Notes: generated by a model not told the origin, from the sequence alone. Shown: positions 18,425 to 27,712, counted from the first letter of the stretch. The stretch is DNA of 64,000 bases from an uncultured Candidatus Saccharibacteria bacterium (GCA_965230955.1 OZ246404.1:782321-846320), one strand, 5' to 3'. Numbers and translations: made by a program.

Positions 18425-20008
18425 TTAGGCACCGAAAATCTGATCAATATCGGCCTTGGCTTTTTCATCCATCCGGCTCGGCACCGGCGGAGTGGAAGTC
18501 CCGGCTGGCAGAGGACGTGTCGGAATAGGAGGAGGATTCGGGCGAGACGGAGTTGACGGCACCGGCGGTTTGGTTGAAACCGGAGCAGTACTCGAAGCGG
18601 TCGGCAAAGAATTAGGCGCCGGCGCTTTTCGGGGAAATGTACCGATGTCGGAATCTGCCGGAACTGGGGCCGGACGCTTCACCGCCGGCATAAAGGTGGG
18701 CTGAGCAGAACCGACCGACCGGCGCGGTGCCACTGAAGGATTTGGACGAGGTGAAACAGCCGGACGAGAAACCGGGCGGTTTGGGGTCAGCCGTTTCATA
18801 TCGGTATGCATGGTGCGAGACAAACCCATCGCCGGCACCGGCTTAGGCTTACCGGGTAAAACCGGAGCCGGGGTGGAAGTGCCCTTCATTTGCTGACGAA
18901 GTTTTTCGATATCGGCCGTACTGGTTTGTGCTTGTTTTTTCCGCATCATCGACAAGACTAACCACAAAACGACAATTACCACAATTATAATTCCGCCAAT
19001 AATGAAATAATTTTTATAGGCCCAAAAATCAAAACCGGCGTTCGACGGAGATGTTGCCGGAGTCTCGGTCGGAGAATAGCTCGGCGCGGTGGTCGTGCCC
19101 GGAGTCGGACTGACAGAAGTCGTTCCGGCAGTTTGTGAAAATTGCAGGCTATAGGAACCAAAGAAAGATGGAGCCGGCGAAGAAATTTCCAGATAGACCT
19201 GCTGATTCGCTGTGGAATTATAGTCAATTGACAAGATAGCGCCATCGCTAGATCCATTGACCGTTTTGAGCACATTGTTGTTCTGGTCCAATAGCGCCGC
19301 CGTCAAATTCAGCTTAGCGGAAGGCACTATCTGCAGGCTGGCTGTTTTCCCCGCCACTAGCGAAAAAGTATAAATATCTTTGTCATCGGTCGAGCAATAC
19401 TTAGGCTGTTCACTGCTACCACAAGGATTTTTACCGATAAAATTCTTTTCAAAATTTACGGTCTCGGCCGTCAGCTGTAAATCCAGAGCACTGGTCAATT
19501 GATCTCCGGCATCGGTATTGGCTTCGGCATCGGAACGATCCGCCTTTTCAAAAGAAACTTTATAATTGAGACCGCCATTGGCCGCCCCCTCGGATTTGAC
19601 TTCAATATAAACAGTCTCGGGATTAGTCGAATTGACCTGCGTCAATCCTTTGTAGAAAAAAGCTTCGGCGTTGGCCATGCCATCTGCCACCACCTGGCTC
19701 GACGACAATTTTGCGCCCTGAGCGTTCAAAACATTTATAATCAGCTTGCTGTCCGCTTGCCCGTTCTTGGTGGCACTGCCGAAAGCCCGAAGCTGGTAGC
19801 CGGCGCGGAGATCAATTTTAAAATTATCGGTTTCCCCATTCTTTAAAATTCCTTCGACTTTGGCGCCTTCCTGGACCGACTCGGCCGAAGCTAAACCGGG
19901 AGAAAGAGTTGCCAGATCAGCCGCCCCGGCCGTCAAATAAAAACCCAGCCCCAAAACGGCAAATAAAGACAGTATTAAACCAAACCAGTGAGAAGTTATT
20001 TTTCTCAT
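18425..20008 (-). CDS. Surface protein with PPC-like extracellular domains, a TM helix and a Pro-rich cytoplasmic tail
   Basis: Signal peptide, ETDNFKIDL and DKDIYTFSL (PPC-like), Thr/Pro linker, TM, long Pro/Ser-rich tail. Confidence 0.7.
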   Translation of the reverse strand: MRKITSHWFGLILSLFAVLGLGFYLTAGAADLATLSPGLASAESVQEGAKVEGILKNGETDNFKIDLRAGYQLRAFGSATKNGQADSKLIINVLNAQGAKLSSSQVVADGMANAEAFFYKGLTQVNSTNPETVYIEVKSEGAANGGLNYKVSFEKADRSDAEANTDAGDQLTSALDLQLTAETVNFEKNFIGKNPCGSSEQPKYCSTDDKDIYTFSLVAGKTASLQIVPSAKLNLTAALLDQNNNVLKTVNGSSDGAILSIDYNSTANQQVYLEISSPAPSFFGSYSLQFSQTAGTTSVSPTPGTTTAPSYSPTETPATSPSNAGFDFWAYKNYFIIGGIIIVVIVVLWLVLSMMRKKQAQTSTADIEKLRQQMKGTSTPAPVLPGKPKPVPAMGLSRTMHTDMKRLTPNRPVSRPAVSPRPNPSVAPRRSVGSAQPTFMPAVKRPAPVPADSDIGTFPRKAPAPNSLPTASSTAPVSTKPPVPSTPSRPNPPPIPTRPLPAGTSTPPVPSRMDEKAKADIDQIFGA

Positions 20009-20075
20009 ATTTTTGCTTAATTTATTTGCCTAAATTATAACACGCTCACGGTAATTTCCGCAAACTTCGCTTAAG

Positions 20076-20372
20076 CTAATAGCCCAGTCGATTTAGCACA
20101 AGTTCAAAACCGTTTTTCCCGTGTTTCAGCCAATGGGCGACGCGGGTAATGGTTGCGGTGGACGCGCCGGTTTTGGCTTCGATTTCGCGATAGGGGATCT
20201 CGTTTTTCAACATCAAAACAATCTCCCAGCGCTGGGACAAATCCCGGAGCTCCTTCAGCGTACAAAGATCACGAAAGAAACGCTCGCAATCATCGAGCGT
20301 CTGCAGCTTCAAAAAAGCCTTGAAAAGCCGCTTGGTCTGGGGAGTGCTGAATTTTGCCTCAATGTTCTCCAT
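20076..20372 (-). CDS. TrpR-like repressor (YerC/YecD family)
   Basis: FFRDLCTLKEL..LSQRWEI..ML....PYREI..TGASTATITRV. Confidence 0.9.
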   Translation of the reverse strand: MENIEAKFSTPQTKRLFKAFLKLQTLDDCERFFRDLCTLKELRDLSQRWEIVLMLKNEIPYREIEAKTGASTATITRVAHWLKHGKNGFELVLNRLGY

Positions 20373-20380
20373 ATTATTTT

Positions 20381-20414
20381 GCTTTAGCGTTTTATCACAC
20401 TAACATGTTAACAC
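20381..20414. promoter_or_regulatory. Putative tandem TrpR/YerC operator upstream of the repressor gene
   Basis: Minus strand TTAACATG TTAGTGTG ATAAAACG CTAAAGCA, 8-bp-periodic half sites resembling the 21968 operator. Confidence 0.5.
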
Positions 20415-20600
20415 AAAAAGATCAGGGATTCAAAAGGTAACATCCCTTCACATCGACTAACTTCATACCGGTTCACCCGGCGGCTATTTTGCATTCTGAA
20501 TTTTACATTTTGAATTCGAAAGATAGGGGAATGACTCCCCTCTTTTATGATCAAAAAAAATTACTCCAGTCCTTTTGGCGCGGCCAAAAAAATTAATATT

Positions 20601-20634
20601 TAAATAGGGGAGGTCGGCGACTCTCCCCTATTTA
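20601..20634 (-). terminator. Hairpin terminator after the aminopeptidase
   Basis: TAAATAGGGGAG...CTCCCCTATTTA inverted repeat. Confidence 0.7.
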
Positions 20635-20640
20635 CCGCTT

Positions 20641-21756
20641 TTAGAAATTGAATTCTTGGTTGGCCAGGATCTTCTCTTTTCGACCATCGGCGTATACCAG
20701 CCAGGTTTCCGGGCGCAGTGTCACACAATCTTGGTGATTTAGCGCCTTGATATTTCCGTCATAATCTATTCCGAAAGCAATGTGCATAGTGCCATAGACC
20801 TTTTCCGCTTCCATCAAACCCACGCCGGGATATATTTTCGACTGGCGATTAATACCGATACCCACCTCGCCGATCGCCGTGATATTTTGGCGGTATTCGC
20901 TTTCTTCCGATTTTTTCAGGCGTTTTTGCTTGACCAGTTTTTTGATCCGCTCTTCAATCTGGCTGAAATTATCGCGCAAGAGATTGGCGTCCGCGCCGCC
21001 TTCTACTTTTACCGCTCGCCCGCCGCGAAAAACAACCCGAACCGGCTGGCGCGGCTGAATTGTTCCGGACAAGGTAGTCAGAACACCGTCAAGCATGATC
21101 GAACCGTTTGTTTGGCCGGGTACCGGGGAATAGAAGACTTCCCCACTGGGTAAATTTCCGTATAGTCCGGGCAGATGATACCGAGCATCATCCGAAAAAG
21201 GATTAAATTTGGAGATATCTATTTCCAATTGTTCCCGCTGACCGGTTTTGATCAAAATTTTTCGCGCCTGCTTCAGCCGCCGGTATAATTTTTGTCCCAG
21301 CGAACCCATCTCGGCGTGATCAACGTCATTTAATCTAACAAAATCCTGCGTGCTGAGGCTCGAAGTCCAGAAACCCCGCATGTACTTCTTCTCAAACAGA
21401 TAAAAACGGATATCATGTTTGGCTAAATGACTGCTGACTCCGCGGTACGGTTTTTGGGTACCCTCGGCATCGGCTCCGGTTGACTTTTTACTGACGCCGA
21501 TAAAAACATTCGGCTTTTTCTTGAAAGCTTCCAAAACCTGCGGCTCCATGAAGTCTGCCGATGTTTTTGGTTCTTGGAAAACCAAATTAGGCCGGGCGCC
21601 GGCATTATGAGCCGCCGCCACCATGGCCATGGCAATTTGTTGCAATTCCCGGTCCGGATTCGTGACTACCAGGACATTTTCTCCGGATTTAATCCGCAAC
21701 ACCCGGCTAACAATTTTTTCCGATGTTTTTCGCAGGTCGGCTTTAATGCGCAGCAT
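20641..21756 (-). CDS. Aminopeptidase (M29, aminopeptidase T/II-like)
   Basis: GNLPSGEVF, IGEVGIGIN, EAEKVYGTMHIAFG, HQD metal-ligand pattern. Confidence 0.85.
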   Translation of the reverse strand: MLRIKADLRKTSEKIVSRVLRIKSGENVLVVTNPDRELQQIAMAMVAAAHNAGARPNLVFQEPKTSADFMEPQVLEAFKKKPNVFIGVSKKSTGADAEGTQKPYRGVSSHLAKHDIRFYLFEKKYMRGFWTSSLSTQDFVRLNDVDHAEMGSLGQKLYRRLKQARKILIKTGQREQLEIDISKFNPFSDDARYHLPGLYGNLPSGEVFYSPVPGQTNGSIMLDGVLTTLSGTIQPRQPVRVVFRGGRAVKVEGGADANLLRDNFSQIEERIKKLVKQKRLKKSEESEYRQNITAIGEVGIGINRQSKIYPGVGLMEAEKVYGTMHIAFGIDYDGNIKALNHQDCVTLRPETWLVYADGRKEKILANQEFNF

Positions 21757-21796
21757 TTTTTATTATTTGATTAATTAATGATACCGAGACTCTGAT

Positions 21797-21834
21797 AAAA
21801 AAAAGCGAGCCCGTCGCCGAGCTCGCTGTATTGA
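21797..21834 (-). terminator. Attenuator terminator (segments 3:4)
   Basis: AGCGAGCTCG-GCGA-CGGGCTCGCT-TTTTTTT about 40 nt before the aminopeptidase start. Confidence 0.85.
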
Positions 21835-21851
21835 TGATCTAGATAAAATTA

Positions 21852-21959
21852 TTAGTCATACAGCAACTCGGGTCCGGTAGCCATAATCCAACGACAAATA
21901 TGGCCACCGAAGTGGGACAAGCTCGCGTTACCATGATTATAGAAAGTTGCTGAATTCAT
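21852..21959 (-). CDS. 35-aa attenuator leader peptide MNSATFYNHGNASLSHFGGHICRWIMATGPELLYD
   Basis: Own translation; ATG 9 nt after TTGACA-17-TAAAGT; last codons (CGAGTTGCTGTATGA) complementary to the terminator 5' arm (TCAATACAGCGAGCTCG). Confidence 0.7.
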   Translation of the reverse strand: MNSATFYNHGNASLSHFGGHICRWIMATGPELLYD

Positions 21960-21967
21960 ATTGAGGT

Positions 21968-21997
21968 CACTTTATCGCGATAAAACAAAATTGTCAA
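21968..21997 (-). promoter_or_regulatory. Sigma70 promoter overlapped by palindromic operator CACTTTATCGCGATAAAACA
   Basis: TTGACA-17-TAAAGT; perfect core palindrome TTTATCGCGATAAA over the -10. Confidence 0.7.
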
Positions 21998-22015
21998 ACT
22001 CGTTATGCACATTTT

Positions 22016-23122
22016 CTAACGCGACGCTCGCGGTTTGATGGTTATTTCCGCTATTTTTTTGGGCGAGTGAGTTAACAATTTATATCCGTCAGAGGTCATC
22101 AAAACATCATCTTCAATCCGGACTCCGCCTTTACCCGGCAGATAAATCCCCGGCTCAATCGTGAAAATCATATTCGGCCGGAGCGGGATATCGGTCCCCA
22201 ATCCTTTTTTGCTGCCGAAATGGGGCAATTCGTGGACTTCCAAACCGATGCCGTGGCCGATACTATGCGGAATGACCCATTTATGATCATCTTTCATCAT
22301 CTGCTCGACCAAATGATGCATCTCCCAAGCGGTGATTCCCTGACGCAATAATGACAATGCCTTTTTCTGAGTATGATAAACCCTCTGGTATATATCGGCC
22401 ATTTTTTTGTCAGGTTTTCCGTAGAAAATAGTCCGGGTAATATCGGAAACGTAACCGCGGTATTTGACTCCGTAATCCAGTAAAATAGTGTCGCCGATTT
22501 TCAAGCGCCGAGAAGTCGGCTCATGATGCGAACAGCTGGAATTGGCGCCAAAACCGACTACAAACCGGAAAGCGCGCTGATCGGCACCGCGGTCGCGCAT
22601 ATAACGCTCCAGTTGCCAAGATAATTCAGACTCGGTGATCCCCGACCGTAAAATACAGCAAACAAAATCGAAACCATCATCGGCAATTTGACAAGCTTGC
22701 TGGGCCAATTTGATCTCAGCCGGAGTTTTGACCAACCGAAGCAGATTGATCGTATGCTTCGTGCAAATATAGTGACGATGATTATTACGATCCAGCAATT
22801 TGAAAAGAGCGAGATCCTTAAAAGGGATCGTTTCTTCGAAACCGAGTCGTTGCCCGCGACATTTTTGGAAAGTGGCACTGATAATTTGCCGAGGATTGGT
22901 GAGCAAATTGATCACTTGCCAACCAATTGCTTCCCGTTTCGCTTGCTGGAAAGAAGCATTCATAATCAGAAGGAACTTCTGGCGCGGAGTGATCAACAAA
23001 GTAGCGCTATCCTCGCCTTTGTAACCGCTCAACCAGCGAACATTTTCTGATTTAGTAACTAAAAAAACAGCCAACTTTTGTCGGATCATTTGCTGTCTTA
23101 ATTGCCAGACGCGTTCATTCAT
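22016..23122 (-). CDS. Xaa-Pro aminopeptidase (M24B)
   Basis: Creatinase-like N-terminus, DYG..Y.SDITRT, HSIGHGIGLEVHE, TIEPGIY, GVRIEDD; TTGACA-17-TATACT promoter. Confidence 0.92.
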   Translation of the reverse strand: MNERVWQLRQQMIRQKLAVFLVTKSENVRWLSGYKGEDSATLLITPRQKFLLIMNASFQQAKREAIGWQVINLLTNPRQIISATFQKCRGQRLGFEETIPFKDLALFKLLDRNNHRHYICTKHTINLLRLVKTPAEIKLAQQACQIADDGFDFVCCILRSGITESELSWQLERYMRDRGADQRAFRFVVGFGANSSCSHHEPTSRRLKIGDTILLDYGVKYRGYVSDITRTIFYGKPDKKMADIYQRVYHTQKKALSLLRQGITAWEMHHLVEQMMKDDHKWVIPHSIGHGIGLEVHELPHFGSKKGLGTDIPLRPNMIFTIEPGIYLPGKGGVRIEDDVLMTSDGYKLLTHSPKKIAEITIKPRASR

Positions 23123-23214
23123 AAAAATTTATATCAGTATACCGAGATTGATCAGTTTTGTCAAACACTAGAGCAAAATTAGACTTTTTGAAGGAAAAAA
23201 TCTAGAATAGACTC

Positions 23215-23688
23215 ATGGGAAAAATTTTGGCCAAAAACAAGCGAGCCTTTTTTGATTATGAGATTATTGAGCAATTTGAAGCCGGTCTGGTCTTAAAAGG
23301 CATGGAAGTAAAATCAATCCGCCAGGGCCAAATCAGCCTGGCGGGTAGTTATATTATCCTGAAACAACCACGGGGCACTCTAAAATTACCCGATGTTTGG
23401 TTAATCAACGCTTCTATCCCACGTTATGCCAAAACCAATAAAAACATACCTTACGATCCACTCCGTTCTCGGCAACTCCTGTTAAAAAAGTCCGAAATCC
23501 GCCAGCTAATCGGTCAAAAGCAAGAAAAAGGCTTGACCGCAATACCCTTGACAGTATATAGTAAAAGAGGCAAAATAAAGGTTGGCTTCGGTCTGGGACG
23601 CGGTAAAAAGAAGTATGATAAGCGTCAAGACATGAAAAAACGTGAAGATGAAGCCAATATCCGCCGGGCGCTACGCCACAAGGCTTGA
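23215..23688 (+). CDS. smpB: SsrA-binding protein
   Basis: NKRAFFDYEI, EAGLVLKGMEVKSIR, GRGKKKYDKR. Confidence 0.96.
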   Translation: MGKILAKNKRAFFDYEIIEQFEAGLVLKGMEVKSIRQGQISLAGSYIILKQPRGTLKLPDVWLINASIPRYAKTNKNIPYDPLRSRQLLLKKSEIRQLIGQKQEKGLTAIPLTVYSKRGKIKVGFGLGRGKKKYDKRQDMKKREDEANIRRALRHKA

Positions 23689-23751
23689 ACCTTAAAAACA
23701 TGCTTTCATCAAATTTTTGACTTTTTAACTTTGACTTTTGACTTATTTCCT

Positions 23752-24138
23752 GGGGATGCCAGGCATCGATGGATATCTAAAACTAATCACACTAGTCGAG
23801 CGTCACCAAGAGTCTCGTTAAACCACCTTGGTATCGATAAGTGTCAAAACATTTATCAGCAATGTGAAGTCAGCATTTGCTCCTTCCTTTGCACCTGCTA
23901 TCGCTTAATACCGATAGCTATCTCACTTAGCTGACCTGACAGTTGAGACCGAGGTATTATATTTTTCAGGCGTAGGTGATAATCTTGTCCTAGATTGTCA
24001 CTGAACGATTAAGGACTGGGCGCCGGTTATTTCGCTCGTCTTTGAGACCGGAGCCGACAAAAGCAAGATGAGCTAAGCTGGTAGACGTGATTGGTCGCTG
24101 ATATTCAGACGGGGGTTCAACTCCCCCCATCTCCACCA
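23752..24138 (+). ncRNA. ssrA: tmRNA (one-piece)
   Basis: 5' GGGGATG and 3' CATCTCCACCA acceptor with G-U pair, T-arm GGGGGTTCAACTCCCCC; tag ORF 23843-23908 VKTFISNVKSAFAPSFAPAIA*; directly after smpB. Confidence 0.93.
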
Positions 24139-24169
24139 ACCCACTCACTCGCCTACGGCGAGCGGTGGA

Positions 24170-24282
24170 AATCCAAAGTTAAAAGGCAAAGATTTAAAAA
24201 AACCTAAAGTTTAAAAAATTATTTTTAGACTTTAGATTTTCAGTCTCTTTTGAATTTTAATTCTTTAGTTTTTACATTTTCT
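24170..24282. repeat. Degenerate inverted heptamer array after tmRNA (a T-rich array also precedes it at 23714-23744)
   Basis: ccaaagttaaaaggcaaagatttaaa...tttagactttagattttcagtc...tttgaattttaattctttagtttttacatt. Confidence 0.6.
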
Positions 24283-24362
24283 AATAAGTTATCGCTCACC
24301 GACTCTTCTCTACCCGACCAATAAATCGTGTAAGAGAGCGGCGATGCACTATCACCAAACCT

Positions 24363-24926
24363 ATTTTAACGAGCAAAAAAATCAGAGTAAACCGGGAAAT
24401 CATCGCCCCGGAGTTAAAAGTGATCGATGATGCCGGAAAGCAATTGGGCGTGCTGAAACTGTGGGATGCCCAAAAATTAGCTCAGGAAAAGAATCTCGAT
24501 CTGGTCGAGGTCTCGTCTCAAGCTCGGCCGCCCATCGCCAAATTGATGAATTACGGCCAGTACCAGTATCGCCTCATCAAACAGCAAAAAAAATCACGGG
24601 CCAAATCAAAAAAGATCGAAACCAAGGGTATCCGGATCGGATATCGCACCAGTGAACACGACTTGCAATTCAAAGCCGATCAAGCCACCAAGTTTCTCAA
24701 GGAAGGACATCGCCTGAAAATCGAACTGGTGCTCCATGGTCGGGAGAAAGGGCAAAAGAAACTGGCCTTCGAAAGACTTGACTCTTTCATCAAGAATATG
24801 ATAAAAACAAAGACAGTCGTCGTTCAGCAACCCAAATTTATCGGCTTTGGGATCGTAACATTCATTACCGCCGATCGAGTTGCTAATACTAATCCCCCTA
24901 CCAATCCCAATGAAATCAAACAGTAG
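24363..24926 (+). CDS. infC: Translation initiation factor IF-3, non-AUG start
   Basis: In-frame RVNREIIAPELKVID lies upstream of the ORF-track start; only ATT 24363 or ATC 24351/24381 are available nearby; LDLVEVS..PPIAKLMNYG. Confidence 0.9.
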   Translation: MLTSKKIRVNREIIAPELKVIDDAGKQLGVLKLWDAQKLAQEKNLDLVEVSSQARPPIAKLMNYGQYQYRLIKQQKKSRAKSKKIETKGIRIGYRTSEHDLQFKADQATKFLKEGHRLKIELVLHGREKGQKKLAFERLDSFIKNMIKTKTVVVQQPKFIGFGIVTFITADRVANTNPPTNPNEIKQ

Positions 24927-25092
24927 CACAACCAAACGATTCAAAAAAACCGGCACCGGGAAAATCATGCACCGCTACGCTTCCCAGGATCATTTTAATA
25001 CCCGCGATTCCGGCAAGGCCTCGCGCAAGAAACGACGACCCTATCGAGTCGCCAAGGAAAATCATAAGACGCTTAAAACACTGTTGAAATAA
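24910..25092 (+). CDS. rpmI: 50S ribosomal protein L35
   Basis: MKSNSSTTKRFKKTGTGKI..; between infC and rplT. Confidence 0.9.
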   Translation: MKSNSSTTKRFKKTGTGKIMHRYASQDHFNTRDSGKASRKKRRPYRVAKENHKTLKTLLK

Positions 25093-25096
25093 TTAT

Positions 25097-25447
25097 ATGG
25101 CTAGAGTAAAACGAGGCGTCCCCTCCAAAAAACGCAAGAAAAATATTCTCAAGCGCGCCCGCGGATTCATCCACGGACGCAAAAAGCTGATCAAGCGCGC
25201 CAAAGAAGCCACTGTTTGGGCCGGCAAGCGCGCCTATTACGGCCGCAAGGTGCGCAAGCGCTTTTTACGATCCCTCTGGGAAGCGCGGCTCAATGCTCTC
25301 CTGCGAGCGGAAGGCACCCGCTACAGCGTTTTCATGAATCAAATGAAGACCGCCAAGATCGGACTGAACCGAAAAATGCTGGCCACACTGGCCAGTGACG
25401 AGCCGAATGCGCTGAAAGCGATCATCAAGGAAGTGGGAAAGAAATAA
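25097..25447 (+). CDS. rplT: 50S ribosomal protein L20
   Basis: MARVKRG, RKRFLRSLW, LNRKMLA. Confidence 0.96.
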   Translation: MARVKRGVPSKKRKKNILKRARGFIHGRKKLIKRAKEATVWAGKRAYYGRKVRKRFLRSLWEARLNALLRAEGTRYSVFMNQMKTAKIGLNRKMLATLASDEPNALKAIIKEVGKK

Positions 25448-25502
25448 TCTAAGATATAAAAACAGCGGCGGCCTCAAGACCGCCGCTGTTTTGTTTTGAA
25501 TT

Positions 25503-25700
25503 TTATTCCTGCCAACTGATGATTTGCACGGGACATTCGCGGATCGCACGATCAATACTGTCCGTCTCCTTGGTATAGTCCGGCAAGGCGATGACCTCGG
25601 ATTTGCCGTCATCGGCCATGCGGAATACAGCCGGCGCCACCGCCTGACAGTTTCCGCATGAAATACAGTTTTCGCGAGGATTGAGAATTGGTTTTGGCAT
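25503..25700 (-). CDS. Monocluster ferredoxin
   Basis: CISCGNC...CP. Confidence 0.88.
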   Translation of the reverse strand: MPKPILNPRENCISCGNCQAVAPAVFRMADDGKSEVIALPDYTKETDSIDRAIRECPVQIISWQE

Positions 25701-25759
25701 GATTTTTGTTTTACAAGCAGGGGCGGCCTGCCGATTCGGCAGGCCGCCCCTATTGATAT

Positions 25760-26389
25760 CTAATAATCTAAGGTGACCGTTTCGATAATTCTTTCGAATT
25801 GAGACCGATTTTCATCCCCCGCCGAGCTGAAGGTGAAAAGATTATCTCCTTTTTTGACCAAGATATAATCCTCTTGCAACTGGTCATTTTCTTCCAGCGG
25901 ACTGCGCACCCACAAGCGAAGTGCCCTGATACCATCAACGGTAGTTTCTTGTTTCAGTAAAATTGTCCCCCGATTAAATTCTGATACGAATTGATCGAGA
26001 CTTTTTTCACCGACAGTCTGAACGTGGACCGTAATCGAAGTGCCGCGGCTATTAGCGGTGCCGTGTTTAATCAATTGAACCAAAGTTTTCGGATTTTGAT
26101 CCGTCAGTAACTGGGCTCCAGAAGCATTGACGGTTAAATCAGACGGATAACGCAACGTCAATCGGTATTCGTCATTATTGAACATGGACCAATCGCGATA
26201 GCCGACGTTTTCCGCCAAATTTGGATTACCTGTTTCTGGCGTACTTTTGTCGGTCTGAACCTGGCGCAGTAAATCACTGCCGCTGGCGCGCAAATTCCTC
26301 ACCTGAGACCAATCAAAATACTTGGCCGAAAAACCGATCACGCCCACGACGGCAATAGTGATAGCGCCGATGACAATAAGATTTTTCAT
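25760..26389 (-). CDS. Membrane-anchored PsbP-like protein
   Basis: N-terminal TM; W..F.N....LRYP.D, TTVDG, FERIIET pattern. Confidence 0.6.
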   Translation of the reverse strand: MKNLIVIGAITIAVVGVIGFSAKYFDWSQVRNLRASGSDLLRQVQTDKSTPETGNPNLAENVGYRDWSMFNNDEYRLTLRYPSDLTVNASGAQLLTDQNPKTLVQLIKHGTANSRGTSITVHVQTVGEKSLDQFVSEFNRGTILLKQETTVDGIRALRLWVRSPLEENDQLQEDYILVKKGDNLFTFSSAGDENRSQFERIIETVTLDY

Positions 26390-26447
26390 ATGTGATTACT
26401 TATATTTAGTAATCATAGGATATCACAAGATCGCCCTTTTGTCAAAG

Positions 26448-26981
26448 TCAAAGCAGTAATTGAATCCCGATAGTCCCTTCGGCCACAATATTTTCTACCC
26501 TCTGATCAGCCTGAGTACCGCCAGTGACGACTATTTTATCGAAATTCTGCTCAGTCTCGCTGGAAGTGTATTCGAAGACATAATCCGCCCCTGATTTATT
26601 CAGCTTCCCGAGATATTTTGTCTCTCCCCCCTCGATTTGGGTCAGCCAAACGGCATAAAAACCGGCGGCATCCGGATCGGGCAGTTTAAGGGTAATTTTC
26701 AGAAGATGCTCATCAGCCCTAGCCGATTCCTTCGTCAACTCACCCAAAACATTCTGGCCGGTGGGATCCGTCAACGTGGTATGGCGGATCAACTGGTCAA
26801 TCGCTGGCGTCACGGTTGGGGTCGGGGTCACTTGAGCCCGCGAATTATCGGGAAGTGACATGGCCACATCATTTTTATCTTCCCAACTAATGGCCATCCA
26901 AGACAGCCCTAAAATAACTACGATTAAAGCCAGAATAATCAAGAGCAGTCCGACTTTGGTTTTGCCGGCAGAACCTGACAT
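26448..26981 (-). CDS. Membrane-anchored protein with anti-sigma-K (RskA) C-terminal-like domain
   Basis: TM then LPDP..GFYAVWL...YLGKL. Confidence 0.55.
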   Translation of the reverse strand: MSGSAGKTKVGLLLIILALIVVILGLSWMAISWEDKNDVAMSLPDNSRAQVTPTPTVTPAIDQLIRHTTLTDPTGQNVLGELTKESARADEHLLKITLKLPDPDAAGFYAVWLTQIEGGETKYLGKLNKSGADYVFEYTSSETEQNFDKIVVTGGTQADQRVENIVAEGTIGIQLLL

Positions 26982-26998
26982 ATATTTTTATTTAATAA

Positions 26999-27712
26999 TC
27001 AATTTCCCAATAAAGACATCCACCGGGAAAAATTTCCCGTCAGCAATAAAACTCCGATGATAATCAAGATTACTCCCACTATCTTATTTACTATCTTAAA
27101 CCATTTTGCCCGCGCTGACAAAAATTTTTGCGCCCGATCAGCGGCCAGGCTGATAACGACCAATGGTACGACGAGCCCAAGAGAATAGAAAAGAAGTAGC
27201 AGTATCCCCTCCCGGATCGAACCTTCGACACCGGCTAAAACCAAGATGCCGGCTAAAATCGGGCTGACGCACGGCGTCCAACTGACCGAAAAAATTACTC
27301 CCCCAAAAAACGACAACAACCAAGGAGCTAATTTACGCCCGGAAAGCTTAGCGACACCGGTCTGATGCGACTGGCTAAAAAACGGAATCCTAATCAACCC
27401 CGCCGCAACCAAGCCCATCATGATCATAACCAGGCCACCGATACGTTCCAACCACAGATCGGATTGATGCAACCAAGAGGTCAACCAGCCGAGCGAAGCG
27501 CCGAGAGCCACAAAGACCAAAGTGAACCCGAGAGCAAACCACAGCGAGCTGATCAATAGCCGACTAGATTTATTTGGCAGCAGATCAGCCGCCGATAAAT
27601 TTACTCCCGCCAACCAAGCCAGCCAAGCGGGTAATAAAACAATCACACAAGGCGAAAAAAAAGACAGCAAACCTCCGGAAAAAGCAGTCAGAAAAGAAAC
27701 AGGATCATTCAT
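26999..27712 (-). CDS. ccdA: Cytochrome c biogenesis CcdA / DsbD TM domain protein
   Basis: GLLSFFSPCV, WTPCVSPIL. Confidence 0.9.
   Translation of the reverse strand: MNDPVSFLTAFSGGLLSFFSPCVIVLLPAWLAWLAGVNLSAADLLPNKSSRLLISSLWFALGFTLVFVALGASLGWLTSWLHQSDLWLERIGGLVMIMMGLVAAGLIRIPFFSQSHQTGVAKLSGRKLAPWLLSFFGGVIFSVSWTPCVSPILAGILVLAGVEGSIREGILLLLFYSLGLVVPLVVISLAADRAQKFLSARAKWFKIVNKIVGVILIIIGVLLLTGNFSRWMSLLGN

Noticed and set aside
20420-20560. Possible c-di-AMP or Mn riboswitch, or 6S RNA, between the repressor and aminopeptidase
   Set aside because: Only fragmentary resemblance (GACTAACTTC, GGGGAGT); the core consensus elements are absent.
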